A stretch of DNA of 60,381 bases, from positions 1 through 60,381 of IMG/VR virus record IMGVR_UViG_3300037235_000083. One strand, written 5' to 3'. Of the stretch, positions 17,002-26,261 are shown one piece after another. This DNA comes from a virus (Duplodnaviria > Caudoviricetes). The number at the start of each line of letters is the position of its first letter. Position 1 is the first letter of the stretch. The notes below the pieces were generated by a model. The model was not told the DNA's origin and did not search any database. It saw only the letters and a list, made by a program, of their open reading frames with translations. The position numbers and the translations under genes are program-made.

Positions 17002-18722
17002 CCTACCCAGTCCCAGCGGCCGCCCTTCGCGAGTCGATCGCCGCAGTGGGGCGCACCGGTTCTGGCAAGACCTTCGCCCTCAAAGCCGCAGTCGAAGCGC
17101 TCCTGAATGAAGGCGCGCGCGTGTGCATCCTGGATCCGACCGGCGTCTGGTACGGGCTGCGATCGAATGCCAAGGGAACCGGGCCAGGCTTCCCGGTGGT
17201 CGTGTTCGGAGGCGACCACGCCGACGTGCCGATCGTGGACACGTCCGGGGAGGCCTTGGCCGAGCTGGTCGCCACGAAAAACGTGCCGATCGTGGTCGAC
17301 TTGTCCGAATTCACCATGGGTGGTCGCACCCGGTTCGCGACGCGCTTCCTCGAGGACCTGTATCGGCGCAACCGGCTGCCGCTCACTCTGGTGGTCGACG
17401 AGTCCGACGTTTTTGCACCGCAGCGAGTGCAGCCGGACGAAATGGTGATGCTGTCCCGCATGGAGCAAATCTGCCGGCGCGGGCGGGTGCGCGGGTTCCG
17501 GGTGTGGCTGATCACCCAGCGCCCGGCCGCGCTGAGCAAGGCGGTGCTGTCCCAGGCGAACACCCTAATTGCGATGCAGCTGACCGCGCCCCAGGATCGC
17601 GCCGCTGTGGGGGCCTGGATCGAGGGCCAGGCGGACAAGGAACGCGGCAAGCAAGTCCTGGCGGAGCTGCCGCGTCTGAAGCGCGGCGAGGGCTTTGTCT
17701 GGTCGCCCTCGCACGACATCCTGGAGCGGGTCAAATTCCCGCCTATCACGACGTTCGACACCGGCAAGACCCCGGTCGAGGGCGAAAAGGCTCCGGTGCT
17801 GAAGCTGGCCGAAATCGACCTGGCCTCGATCGGGGAGTCGTTCAAGCAGGCTGAAGCGGAGGCTTCCGCGAACGATCCGAAACGGCTGCGCGCGCGCATC
17901 GCCGAACTGGAGCGAGCGCTGAAGTCTTCCGGGAAGGATTTTGGGCTGCGCGCCGCCGTCGACCTTCGAAACGAGCGCAACGCCGGATATTTGGACGGCG
18001 AACGGGACACGCTCGCGCTGGCCAAGGGCGTTTTCACGCACGTAGAAAATGCCCTGATCATTGCGGTGCGCAAAGAATGCGCTGACGCGGTTCAGCTGAT
18101 CGGCGCGTCCAAGGCGACGCCGAAGAAGTGGGTTCCGGACGCGAAATCAATGGCCGCAAAGCACGCGGTCGACGCCATGCAAATTGCCAACGCAGAGGGC
18201 CTAAAACGCGGCTCAGCGCCGCGCGGCAATGGCGCGACCGCACATGCCGGTGCAACGCTGAACGCGGCCCAGAGGAAGTTCCTGACGGTCCTGGCTCAAC
18301 GGCAGGGCAAGGCGACCAGTCGCAACCAGGTCGCCCTTTTCGCCGGCTACTCGTCCAAGTCGGCGCACGTGGACAACGTGCTCAGTTCCCTGCGAGCTGC
18401 CGCCTACGCCGAAGGCCGCCGCGGCGATATCCGAATCACCGACGCCGGCCTGGCAGCGCTGGGCGAGTTCGAACCGCTCCCATCCGGGGACAGACTGCGC
18501 GATTACTGGATGCTCGAGGCCGGGGGCGCCGCTGAAGCAGCGTTCCTGAAGGTGGTTTTCGAGGCCTACCCCGGCAGCCTCACCCGTGATGAAATCGCAC
18601 AACGGGCAGGCTATTCGACCACCAGCGCACACGTGGACAATGTCTTGAGCCGACTGCGGTCACTGGACCTCATTACTGGCGGCCGATCGGCGATCAGCGC
18701 CAGCGGGGAACTGTTTGAATGA
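16998..18722 (+). CDS. HerA/FtsK-like (DUF87) P-loop ATPase with two C-terminal wHTH repeats
   Basis: GRTGSGKT, ILDPTG, VVDESDVFAP, RRGRVRG..LITQRP; duplicated AGYS..SAHVDNVLS.LR. Confidence 0.88.
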   Translation: MTYPVPAAALRESIAAVGRTGSGKTFALKAAVEALLNEGARVCILDPTGVWYGLRSNAKGTGPGFPVVVFGGDHADVPIVDTSGEALAELVATKNVPIVVDLSEFTMGGRTRFATRFLEDLYRRNRLPLTLVVDESDVFAPQRVQPDEMVMLSRMEQICRRGRVRGFRVWLITQRPAALSKAVLSQANTLIAMQLTAPQDRAAVGAWIEGQADKERGKQVLAELPRLKRGEGFVWSPSHDILERVKFPPITTFDTGKTPVEGEKAPVLKLAEIDLASIGESFKQAEAEASANDPKRLRARIAELERALKSSGKDFGLRAAVDLRNERNAGYLDGERDTLALAKGVFTHVENALIIAVRKECADAVQLIGASKATPKKWVPDAKSMAAKHAVDAMQIANAEGLKRGSAPRGNGATAHAGATLNAAQRKFLTVLAQRQGKATSRNQVALFAGYSSKSAHVDNVLSSLRAAAYAEGRRGDIRITDAGLAALGEFEPLPSGDRLRDYWMLEAGGAAEAAFLKVVFEAYPGSLTRDEIAQRAGYSTTSAHVDNVLSRLRSLDLITGGRSAISASGELFE

Positions 18723-18880
18723 CCGAGAACGAAAAAGAAGGATGGACCACGTTCAGGATTGTGAGGTCTGAGCGCATGCGCGTCTTTGTCGATGGGCTCG
18801 AATGGCCGGAAGGCATGAGCGAGGAAGATTTCAAGAAGTACCACGACGAGTGGTTCAAAAAACACGACATGCAAGGGTGA
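18719..18880 (+). CDS. small acidic hypothetical protein
   Basis: Hand translation MTENEKEGW...HDMQG*; ATGA coupling. Confidence 0.5.
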   Translation: MTENEKEGWTTFRIVRSERMRVFVDGLEWPEGMSEEDFKKYHDEWFKKHDMQG

Positions 18881-18889
18881 CCTGTTCGA

Positions 18890-19072
18890 ATGAGCCAAAC
18901 CGAAGAACATCGCTCTTTGAAATTGCTCAAGGCCATCCACGATCTTGCCTCGGTGCTGTATCCATATCCGGAAGGGGCCCAGGTATCGCCTCACCTGACC
19001 TTCGCGCTGGGCGAAATCGCCGGGATCGCCAGCAAAGCAATCCAGCAGGCAAAAGACTCGAGCAAAGAATGA
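18890..19072 (+). CDS. hypothetical protein
   Basis: Operon packing. Confidence 0.55.
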   Translation: MSQTEEHRSLKLLKAIHDLASVLYPYPEGAQVSPHLTFALGEIAGIASKAIQQAKDSSKE

Positions 19073-19413
19073 GCGACGCCGCGGCGAAGTGGTTCGCCAA
19101 TTTCCGCCAGACGCACGCGATGCCGGCCGGCATCGTGACGATTTTCGAATGGTTCGAAAACGTGATGCAGATGGCCTACGACGTTGGCGCTCTAAATTCG
19201 GCCAGAACGATCAAGCAAATGATCGAAGAACGTCGCGGCAAGCCCGCCAACGCGACGATGCACTGCCCGAACTGCGAAGCACTGACCCAAATCACGTTCA
19301 CCTATGGGCACGCGCACAAGGTCCATACCGACACGCTCGAGCAAGTAGCGGCGTGGCTTGATGCGAACGGGCAGCCTTCCGCGGCCGTTCTCGTGCGGGA
19401 CTTTGCCAAATGA
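19069..19413 (+). CDS. hypothetical protein with CxxC
   Basis: ATGA coupling; HCPNC. Confidence 0.6.
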   Translation: MSDAAAKWFANFRQTHAMPAGIVTIFEWFENVMQMAYDVGALNSARTIKQMIEERRGKPANATMHCPNCEALTQITFTYGHAHKVHTDTLEQVAAWLDANGQPSAAVLVRDFAK

Positions 19414-19694
19414 GACTGCGGCGCATCGCGGCGATCCCCTTCGCGTTGCTGGCGGATATGGTTACGCTGTTCAACATGGGCGATCGCTCTTTCACCCAGC
19501 AACTATTCGACGCCGAGCGGCGCGAGCAGTACGACCTGGAAATGCGCGAGATTGCAAAACTGGTCATCCGCATTCTCTGCGCTGCCAGGGACGAGGCTAA
19601 AGCACGCGAGACTGCGAGGGCGGCGCCCGTTGGCGACGCATCAGCAAGCCAGGTGGCCGGCTCCGCAGCGGCCACAGCGCCGAATCTGGACTGA
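19410..19694 (+). CDS. hypothetical protein
   Basis: ATGA coupling. Confidence 0.5.
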   Translation: MRLRRIAAIPFALLADMVTLFNMGDRSFTQQLFDAERREQYDLEMREIAKLVIRILCAARDEAKARETARAAPVGDASASQVAGSAAATAPNLD

Positions 19695-19697
19695 CCC

Positions 19698-19997
19698 GTG
19701 GCCACGATCATCATCAAGTGGCCGATCGAGCGGGACCCGCGCCAAGTATTGATGTTGCCGGTGGGCGCGAAGATCCTGTGCGTACAGGTGCACCGCGATC
19801 GGCCTTGCATCTGGGTGATCGGTGAGGAACCGCCCTACATCGAAGTGGAAAGGCGTGTTCTGGTCACTTTGCACACCGGCGCGCGTGTGCTAGCAGAGGA
19901 CGTCGGGCACATTCGCTACGTGGGCACGTACCAGCTCGAAAATGGTGACGCGATAGGCCACGTGTTCGAACGCATGGATGCACTATCCAGTTGGTGA
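19698..19997 (+). CDS. conserved phage protein
   Basis: IIKWP...LPVGAKIL.VQ...CIW...TG...YVGTYQ...HVFE. Confidence 0.75.
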   Translation: MATIIIKWPIERDPRQVLMLPVGAKILCVQVHRDRPCIWVIGEEPPYIEVERRVLVTLHTGARVLAEDVGHIRYVGTYQLENGDAIGHVFERMDALSSW

Positions 19998-20010
19998 AAG
20001 GGGAACCGTC

Positions 20011-20532
20011 ATGCTGACTCTTGTTCATCAAAAGGCGAAGCTAGTCCACTTCAATGTACGCAAAGAAGTGCATGGCGACGAAAAGGTGCTCGTGGCCGAT
20101 CTGAAGTTCTCGTTCCTGACAGCCAACGATCTTCTGAGCGAGTTCGATCCGGCGCTTAAATCGAGCCTGTATCGCAAGCCGGATCGTCGCGACCAGTTGG
20201 AGCTTGAGCCCGGCTGGCTGCCTGAACTGCGCTTCCCGAATATGGCCCCGATCGACTGGGAACTGGAGATAATCGGCGGCATGCTTTACGTTCATTACGG
20301 TGTGAGCGAGCGATCGGCGATGCATCTGGATGTTCGATCTGCCGATAAGTTCCACTTCGAATTGATGAACGGCGGCAGCGTGAACGTGCAGTTTCGGGTG
20401 CAGTGCAGGCCCGATGAGCAGCAATGCGGCAAGTTGTGTTATCTGGTACAGGAAGATATCGAGATTTCGCTTCAACCGCCCGATGACAATCGCCAGGTCG
20501 AAATCGGTGAGCCTGTCGAGGCCACGGCGTGA
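20011..20532 (+). CDS. conserved phage protein
   Basis: SD AGGGG; NVRKEVHGDE...DLKF...FDPALK..LY. Confidence 0.75.
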   Translation: MLTLVHQKAKLVHFNVRKEVHGDEKVLVADLKFSFLTANDLLSEFDPALKSSLYRKPDRRDQLELEPGWLPELRFPNMAPIDWELEIIGGMLYVHYGVSERSAMHLDVRSADKFHFELMNGGSVNVQFRVQCRPDEQQCGKLCYLVQEDIEISLQPPDDNRQVEIGEPVEATA

Positions 20533-20535
20533 ACT

Positions 20536-20787
20536 ATGATGATCTGCACGGCGATCTGCATCAAAGCTCACACCTTCCGCGATCAGGCAGGAACCGAGTT
20601 TAGTATCGCGCGCGGGCGCCGGTATACGCTGTCCGACAAGCATGGCAACGGCTACCGCACCCTGCTCAGTTTCTACTGGATCCCGCTCGAGCCGGAATTC
20701 CTGGCCGAACATTTCGGGGCGTTTCGCGACGAAAAGCCATCGCCGTTGAGCCGACATTTCCGGGCCCGTCAGGGTGAACGCGCGTGA
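20536..20787 (+). CDS. hypothetical protein
   Basis: Operon packing. Confidence 0.55.
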   Translation: MMICTAICIKAHTFRDQAGTEFSIARGRRYTLSDKHGNGYRTLLSFYWIPLEPEFLAEHFGAFRDEKPSPLSRHFRARQGERA

Positions 20788-21062
20788 CTTGCCATCCGTT
20801 CAGAACCGGGACTCTCGGCGGTATCTTCTGTACGCGCGAGAGGCGCCAGCGTTGCCAGTGCGGGAACATCGCAACGCGGGCGTGCGATTGGAAAGTGCCG
20901 GCGCGGCGCAGCGGGACGTGCGACGCACATTTGTGCGGTAGTTGCACATCCGAGCCGGCGCCGGAAAAGGATCTGTGTCCGAAGCATGCCAGGGAATGGG
21001 CTGAAAGGCAGGCGGCGAAAAATGATCCCGATCAGCATCGATCCGAATCTAGGACCGGATGA
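20784..21062 (+). CDS. Cys-rich Zn-finger phage protein
   Basis: C.CG..A..ACDW......TCDAHLC..C......DLCPKH. Confidence 0.75.
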   Translation: MTCHPFRTGTLGGIFCTRERRQRCQCGNIATRACDWKVPARRSGTCDAHLCGSCTSEPAPEKDLCPKHAREWAERQAAKNDPDQHRSESRTG

Positions 21063-21306
21063 TTGGACCATCCGTGATGCCAGCGCCGACGCTACGCTGG
21101 CGCTGCAAATCGTCGAACGGATCAAGCCGCTGCTGGCGGGTCAGCCGCCCCATGTCCAGGGGGCAGTCCTGGCAGACTTGCTCTCAATGTGGCTGGCCGG
21201 TCACTTTCTAATGGGCAACGCCGTGATTGAAAGCGCTCTCACTTCGCATATCGATGCCGTGCGACGGCTGATCCCGGTTTCGATCCTAGAGTTGAAGCAA
21301 CGATGA
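21022..21306 (+). CDS. hypothetical protein
   Basis: IKPLLAGQPP.VQGAVLADLL.MWLAGH. Confidence 0.6.
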   Translation: MIPISIDPNLGPDDWTIRDASADATLALQIVERIKPLLAGQPPHVQGAVLADLLSMWLAGHFLMGNAVIESALTSHIDAVRRLIPVSILELKQR

Positions 21307-21509
21307 ACATTCCAGCCGATGCGCTTGATATCAGTGACGACGCACTCGCCGACTATCAGAAGATGCCGATCCTGTTCCGACAGGAGGTTCTACGCTGTAT
21401 GTTCATGACTGGCGAATCGATGGAGTCCGCCATCAAGCTGGTTAACGAAACCGCGGCAGAAGTAATGCAACGAATGTTGGCAGACGGATCATGCAAGTCC
21501 GAGTCGTAA
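21303..21509 (+). CDS. hypothetical protein
   Basis: ATGA coupling. Confidence 0.55.
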   Translation: MNIPADALDISDDALADYQKMPILFRQEVLRCMFMTGESMESAIKLVNETAAEVMQRMLADGSCKSES

Positions 21510-21901
21510 TCCCGATGCGCACGCATTCGAAACTGAACGAACGCGTGCACTGGTCGCGAGCTGCAAAGATCGCCAAATACGAACGGCGGGAAACGTACTT
21601 TCGCTTGCGGGAGGCGCACCCGTTCCCGCTGTCGATGATGGACATCATGGGACCGATACACATCAGGCTCACGCGCACCGGCCCGTCGCGGCTGGACAGT
21701 CACGATAATCTGCGCGCTGCTTGCAAGAATGTAGTCGACGGGATCGCCGACTTTCTGAAAATCGATGACGGCGATCCGCGCCTGGTGTTCAGCTACGACC
21801 AGGAACGCAACGATCGCTGGCGCGTGATCGTCGAGGTCGAAGGACCCGATAAGACGCCGCCGCCGCGGCGCCGGCCTCGAGCCGCCGAGGTCGAGACATG
21901 A
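21491..21901 (+). CDS. RusA-like Holliday junction resolvase
   Basis: LD.HDNL..ACK.VVDGIA.....DDGD. Confidence 0.75.
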   Translation: MQVRVVIPMRTHSKLNERVHWSRAAKIAKYERRETYFRLREAHPFPLSMMDIMGPIHIRLTRTGPSRLDSHDNLRAACKNVVDGIADFLKIDDGDPRLVFSYDQERNDRWRVIVEVEGPDKTPPPRRRPRAAEVET

Positions 21902-22116
21902 GACAGATTCGCGACATGACGGAAGCTGAGCTTGATCGGCTCGAGCGGGGAGAGTGTCCGGTATGCGGCGAGAAGGTGGCGACGGACGAGCTGTTGCTTG
22001 GTCCTAGCGGCGGTGAGTCGCGAAACGTGAAGATGCCATGCGGAGCGAAAATCAACATCATCGATCCGGAAACTTACGGCTGGCCACCGCCGATGCGGTT
22101 CGGGCAGATCATTTGA
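21898..22116 (+). CDS. small Zn-ribbon protein
   Basis: CPVCG...GP.GG.S.N. Confidence 0.6.
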   Translation: MRQIRDMTEAELDRLERGECPVCGEKVATDELLLGPSGGESRNVKMPCGAKINIIDPETYGWPPPMRFGQII

Positions 22117-22325
22117 AAGAGCCTGACGAAGCCCGCTGGTTCAAGCAGCTGGGGAATTGCAGTCATCCCGCGTGCACGATTCCCGCAACGGGCACTGTCA
22201 TGGGCCTCCAGAATCAGCCATTGGGAAATTACTGCGCCCGGCACGGCCAGGCGCGTATCCGGAAGGCCGCTCAGGAGCGAAACGCATGCGCCGAAGAAAG
22301 CCCCCCACCGAAGAAGCCAAGCTGA
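22113..22325 (+). CDS. small Cys/His protein
   Basis: C...AC...A........YCARH. Confidence 0.55.
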   Translation: MKEPDEARWFKQLGNCSHPACTIPATGTVMGLQNQPLGNYCARHGQARIRKAAQERNACAEESPPPKKPS

Positions 22326-22666
22326 TCGAAGACGCCGAGTCGGTGGCCCTGTTCGAGTCGGCGATCCGCGCGATCACGGAACGCTACGAACAGCACAGCG
22401 AAGCGCTGTTTCAGGAATTCCTCGAAGCAGTAGACGAAGCGCGCCGTCTGCCGCGGAATAGATGCCAGGGCGACAGCCGGCCGCTGATCCGGGTACAGGC
22501 CTGTCGTGAGGAAGATCGAGCGATGCTTGAAACGCCAGCCGGCGCCGAACTGGTCCGGGAGGTCCGCGACAAGATGATCCGCGATGGGATTGTTCGGCCC
22601 GGTGATCCGACCGTCGAAGAGCTTCGCGCCGCGGGCAAGTGGCCATTCCCGGAGAAGATGCCGTGA
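22286..22666 (+). CDS. hypothetical protein
   Basis: 3' part of ORF 22157-22666. Confidence 0.55.
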   Translation: MRRRKPPTEEAKLIEDAESVALFESAIRAITERYEQHSEALFQEFLEAVDEARRLPRNRCQGDSRPLIRVQACREEDRAMLETPAGAELVREVRDKMIRDGIVRPGDPTVEELRAAGKWPFPEKMP

Positions 22667-23100
22667 GCTTCGGATCGGCGCTGATCATCGGCGAGCACGA
22701 GAAGGCGGCCCTAGCCGAGCTGCGACGCCTAGCAGCCGAAAACCCGGTCAATGTGGTGGGCCTGTTCGAGCGCATTCAGACACCCGACGGCAAGCGGGCA
22801 CACATGGCTCAGATGGACGCCCAGACGGTCGATCTGCCGATGACGTACCTTGTGACCTTTTCGATCGAGAACGGCCACCCGATAGGGACCTGCCGTCACA
22901 TGTCGATGTCATCCACCCGCAAGGGCAGGGCGCCGAACCAATACGCCGTTTGGATGGTGGCCGAAGAATTGGGATTCGTGGTCGGCTTGGAAACATGCAC
23001 CGTATGGACCGAGGATCTACAGCGCGGAGCCGAACGCGCGATCGCGGTGAACGTGGTGCAGCCGATCATGGCCATCAACGTTATGCAGAAGCCGTCATAG
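22663..23100 (+). CDS. conserved phage protein
   Basis: VTFSIE..HP.G.CRHMSMS....GRAP. Confidence 0.65.
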   Translation: MSFGSALIIGEHEKAALAELRRLAAENPVNVVGLFERIQTPDGKRAHMAQMDAQTVDLPMTYLVTFSIENGHPIGTCRHMSMSSTRKGRAPNQYAVWMVAEELGFVVGLETCTVWTEDLQRGAERAIAVNVVQPIMAINVMQKPS

Positions 23101-23102
23101 CG

Positions 23103-23312
23103 ATGGCTTACCCGGCGGTCTTGCCCGCGCGGCCGTGGTACTGGTGGGTATGCCTTCCGTTCGCGCTGCTTTTCCTGCTGGCTCTGGGCATTGTGGCGCT
23201 GGCATCAGCGGCGCCATATCACGGCAGCCGTTACTTGCTCGAGCGGCTAATGGATTGGTTTCTGGGCCTGAAACGACCGCGTCCTAGCCGCCTTTCTTCG
23301 CGGTCACCGTGA
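23103..23312 (+). CDS. small membrane protein, last gene of rightward arm
   Basis: One TM segment WYWWVCLPFALLFLLALGIVALA. Confidence 0.55.
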   Translation: MAYPAVLPARPWYWWVCLPFALLFLLALGIVALASAAPYHGSRYLLERLMDWFLGLKRPRPSRLSSRSP

Positions 23313-23868
23313 TGCGTTCGGCGTGCTCGAGGGCGTAGCGCTGCTGCCAGCCGGCGGCGATGCGGGCGAGGCGCTTGTTTTCTGCTTCGAGGCGAGCGCC
23401 CTCTGCTTTACCTTCTTCGAGAAGTTGGACACTTTCTCGGAGTAGGTCGTCGACGTCTCCGTAGTCCTCGGAGATTCGAGCAATTCGGACGGTACAGGCG
23501 TCGCTGTCGGTTCGACTACGGGACAGGTCGGCTTCGAGAGCGCTGCGCACCCGGCCAGCGTGCTGAGCAAAAGCCATGTGGTTGCGCTGGCGAAGCTGGG
23601 CCTCTTTCTCATTTTCTTTTCTCTCGGTTTGGAGTAATTCATTCAAGTGCGCCTCGCGCGCGCCCGCGTCTTCGCGATCCTGTTTCCGGTCTTTTGCGAC
23701 CTGTTCTGCCAGCTTGATTGCGGCCGCTTTGTCGTAGCGCGAAGTGATCACCGAGCCCGTGCTGACGCACACCGCGGCCGCGAGAAGACAGGGCGTCACC
23801 CACGCAAGCGGGTGAATGCGCTTGCGCTTCGGCGCGGCTTCATCGTCCACCATCTGCTCATTCATCAT
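23284..23868 (-). CDS. i-spanin (Rz-like), pair 2
   Basis: N-terminal TM then long coiled coil; contains a nested lipoprotein ORF. Confidence 0.7.
   Translation of the reverse strand: MMNEQMVDDEAAPKRKRIHPLAWVTPCLLAAAVCVSTGSVITSRYDKAAAIKLAEQVAKDRKQDREDAGAREAHLNELLQTERKENEKEAQLRQRNHMAFAQHAGRVRSALEADLSRSRTDSDACTVRIARISEDYGDVDDLLRESVQLLEEGKAEGARLEAENKRLARIAAGWQQRYALEHAERITVTAKKGG
23304..23612 (-). CDS. embedded o-spanin (Rz1-like) lipoprotein, pair 2
   Basis: Signal peptide with lipobox LAG-C; Pro-rich PVPSELL; fully nested in an alternative frame. Confidence 0.7.
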   Translation of the reverse strand: MRKRPSFASATTWLLLSTLAGCAALSKPTCPVVEPTATPVPSELLESPRTTETSTTYSEKVSNFSKKVKQRALASKQKTSASPASPPAGSSATPSSTPNASR

Positions 23869-24212
23869 CTGCCCCCGCAGGCCTTGCCGCCGTCAACCTT
23901 GCATTCCATTAACTGCATTTGCCCCTTAAGCTCGTCGATCCGCTGGTCGCGCAATTGAAAATCCTTAGCGATCAGTTCCTTGTCGCTTACGGCCTTTTCG
24001 CGATCTTTTTCCTGCTGCGCAGCGACCACGTCGACCTTGCCGAATCTGTGATCGATATATGCAACCGCAGCGCCCGTCCATAGCAGAACGCCGACCGCTG
24101 TCTGTAGCGGCACGCTCAGACTCATGATTGACCACGGCGCGCGCGGCGGCGGAGGCGGCCGTTCGCTCTCGCCGACGTCGACCTCGCGCAAATGTCGCAT
24201 GGCTCCCATCAT
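23865..24212 (-). CDS. single-TM coiled-coil protein (lysis-associated)
   Basis: TM LQTAVGVLLWTGAAVAYI then coiled coil. Confidence 0.6.
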   Translation of the reverse strand: MMGAMRHLREVDVGESERPPPPPRAPWSIMSLSVPLQTAVGVLLWTGAAVAYIDHRFGKVDVVAAQQEKDREKAVSDKELIAKDFQLRDQRIDELKGQMQLMECKVDGGKACGGR

Positions 24213-24378
24213 TCAATGATGGCTCAGCCTGCAATACCGCGATCGCGCTAATAACTCAATGATTCAGCACGTGCCGACGGGTCACTTGCCGTTGCGCGAC
24301 TTGGTCGTGAACACGGTCCACAACAGCGCTGCGAGAAGGATCAGCGCAATGACTTCTCCGGCTTCTGGAGGCATCGAA

Positions 24379-24672
24379 TTACTTCCTGCAACCGTCCAAC
24401 GCCGCGCGAAGCACGCGCTCTGTTTCGGCGCGCGCCAGCCGATCCGCAGTGAGCAATTCCACTTTCGTGTCGATTGGAGAGTCTTTGGTGGCTTCGTCGA
24501 ACGGATACTTCACCGCCGGCACGTCAGCGACCTGGCACGGCACGCGCACCTGGACTTCTTCCTTCTGAATCTCGATCACGGGCTGAAGTGGTGGCGAGGC
24601 AGCAGTGCTGCAAGCCTGCACCAAGGTGGCTGCAAACATACCCGCCGTGAGTTTACTTAACCGGGCCAGCAT
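24379..24672 (-). CDS. o-spanin (Rz1-like) lipoprotein, pair 1
   Basis: Lipobox VQA-C; V.VPC...LRAALDGC. Confidence 0.8.
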   Translation of the reverse strand: MLARLSKLTAGMFAATLVQACSTAASPPLQPVIEIQKEEVQVRVPCQVADVPAVKYPFDEATKDSPIDTKVELLTADRLARAETERVLRAALDGCRK

Positions 24673-25078
24673 CGATCTGCTCAGTCAAGATTCTGTCTGC
24701 GTTCTGGCATGCGTCCAGCCCAGCGGGGCGCGGCGCGCTCGCCCTGGCCTGCCCCTCGAGCGCGGCCACGCGAACCGCGAGCGTTTGATTGGCGACCCGT
24801 GCGGCCGAAACCTCTTGCTGGGCCGCGGCGTCGGCTTTCTTGCCATCGGCCGCTGCATCCAGCGTGCGCTGATTGGCGTCGACGAGGGCCCCACGAACGG
24901 TTGTCAGGTTCGCATTGGCGATCGCCAGATCGGCTTCGCTGGTCGAGAGCTTGCCTTGCGTCGTTGTGAGGGCCGCCTGCGTCGTTGCCAGCTCACCCTT
25001 GGCAACCAGCAGCCACACGCCCAGCATGACCGCGACCGCGGCGGGCACGCCGATCTTGATGTAGTCGAGCAAGTTCAT
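24653..25078 (-). CDS. i-spanin (Rz-like), pair 1
   Basis: N-terminal TM, Ala-rich coiled coil, C-terminal Cys. Confidence 0.75.
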   Translation of the reverse strand: MNLLDYIKIGVPAAVAVMLGVWLLVAKGELATTQAALTTTQGKLSTSEADLAIANANLTTVRGALVDANQRTLDAAADGKKADAAAQQEVSAARVANQTLAVRVAALEGQARASAPRPAGLDACQNADRILTEQIDAGPVK

Positions 25079-25380
25079 TTGCCGTCCCCCCGGCCCGCGT
25101 AAACCGCGTCGCCGCGCGCGCCCTGCGCCTTGCCGAGGGCCCAGATCGCCGCGGCGACCGACGCACCCACCGCGCTAAGGCCGATGCCAAAGGACTGTAG
25201 ATCGGGCACGCCAGAGGCCTTGCAGGCCTTCCACAGCCAGATCAGCGTGCCAGTGCTGGCCACCATCATCGTGAAAAGGCAGTGCACGATCGCCATCACG
25301 TTGGCCGGCTCGATGGTCTGATTGTCCGGGCCGGTGCTGATGTGGCGCCAGAACTTCGACCAGGCGCTTTCGGGGTTCAC
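25075..25380 (-). CDS. putative holin
   Basis: Two TM segments; lies between endolysin and spanins. Confidence 0.65.
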   Translation of the reverse strand: MNPESAWSKFWRHISTGPDNQTIEPANVMAIVHCLFTMMVASTGTLIWLWKACKASGVPDLQSFGIGLSAVGASVAAAIWALGKAQGARGDAVYAGRGDGK

Positions 25381-25850
25381 GCGACGCTGTCCAGGCCGAG
25401 CAGGCCGTGCGCACGAATGATCGAGGCGATCTTGCTGGCGTACTGAGGATCGGTGGCGTAGCCGGCCGCCGCAACGGCACTGGCAAAGTCGATGCCGTTC
25501 GTGGTTTCGAACGCCGCCTGGTAGCGCGGGTTACCGAGCAGAAAGGCTGCGTGATCCTGGATAGCTCCGAGCCAGTCGCCATACTTGCGCCAGTTCGCAA
25601 GCTGCATCACCCACTGGCCGTTCAGGAATTCGCGGGTGTTCATCTGAAGCACGTCGCCGGTCCAGGAGGGATCGGCCTTCACACCGAACAGGTTGAAGCC
25701 ATCGCGCGCCAGCTGCGAGGCACCCCAGCCCGATTCGAGCGCCGCTTCGGCGATCGTGAACGAGGCCGGGATCTTGGTGATAGCGGCCGATGACTGCGCG
25801 GCCGGCGTTAGCTGACTGATGAAATCCTGCGGTGTCATTGGTTGGCCCAC
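25377..25850 (-). CDS. endolysin, GH73/FlgJ-type glucosaminidase
   Basis: AEAALESGWG, NLFGVKA, T.E, NPRY, GYATDPQY. Confidence 0.92.
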   Translation of the reverse strand: MGQPMTPQDFISQLTPAAQSSAAITKIPASFTIAEAALESGWGASQLARDGFNLFGVKADPSWTGDVLQMNTREFLNGQWVMQLANWRKYGDWLGAIQDHAAFLLGNPRYQAAFETTNGIDFASAVAAAGYATDPQYASKIASIIRAHGLLGLDSVA

Positions 25851-26053
25851 CTGTATCCAGCCGACGGTCCGGGAAACGAGGCCCTAGCGGCCCGCTCTGG
25901 CGTCGTCCCCCAGCAGCACCAGTATTCGCCCGTCCAGCGCGCCCAGCGCACTTCCGTGGGCCGCAATTGGACGTTCGAAGGGCCTACCGGCACCGTCACC
26001 GGAAAGACTCCCGGGCGCGCGGGCCTAACATTAGGTGACTGCCACGTGAACAT
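25835..26053 (-). CDS. hypothetical protein
   Basis: Likely start MFTWQSPNVRPARPGVF. Confidence 0.5.
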   Translation of the reverse strand: MFTWQSPNVRPARPGVFPVTVPVGPSNVQLRPTEVRWARWTGEYWCCWGTTPERAARASFPGPSAGYRWANQ

Positions 26054-26261
26054 AAAGGATGTACCAGGCCAGGGCGCCGAGCAGGCAAACCACCGCGGCA
26101 AAGGTGAGTAGCGTGGCGTACGGCATTGTCGGCTGCACCGGAACCACGCCGATGCCACGCGACGCCGTTGCGGCCTCGAGCGGCTTAAGCGGGGCCGGAT
26201 CAAGCGGCGCCGCCGGAACCTTTGCGGTCCAGATTGGATCGTTTGCAGGCATGGGGCGCAT
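26031..26261 (-). CDS. small membrane protein
   Basis: C-terminal TM segment. Confidence 0.5.
   Translation of the reverse strand: MRPMPANDPIWTAKVPAAPLDPAPLKPLEAATASRGIGVVPVQPTMPYATLLTFAAVVCLLGALAWYILYVHVAVT

Noticed and set aside
17003-18073. Long antisense ORFs (e.g. 17003-18073, 29960-31156, 46591-47925, 3355-4452)
   Set aside because: Shadows of real genes in GC-rich DNA; no motifs and biased composition
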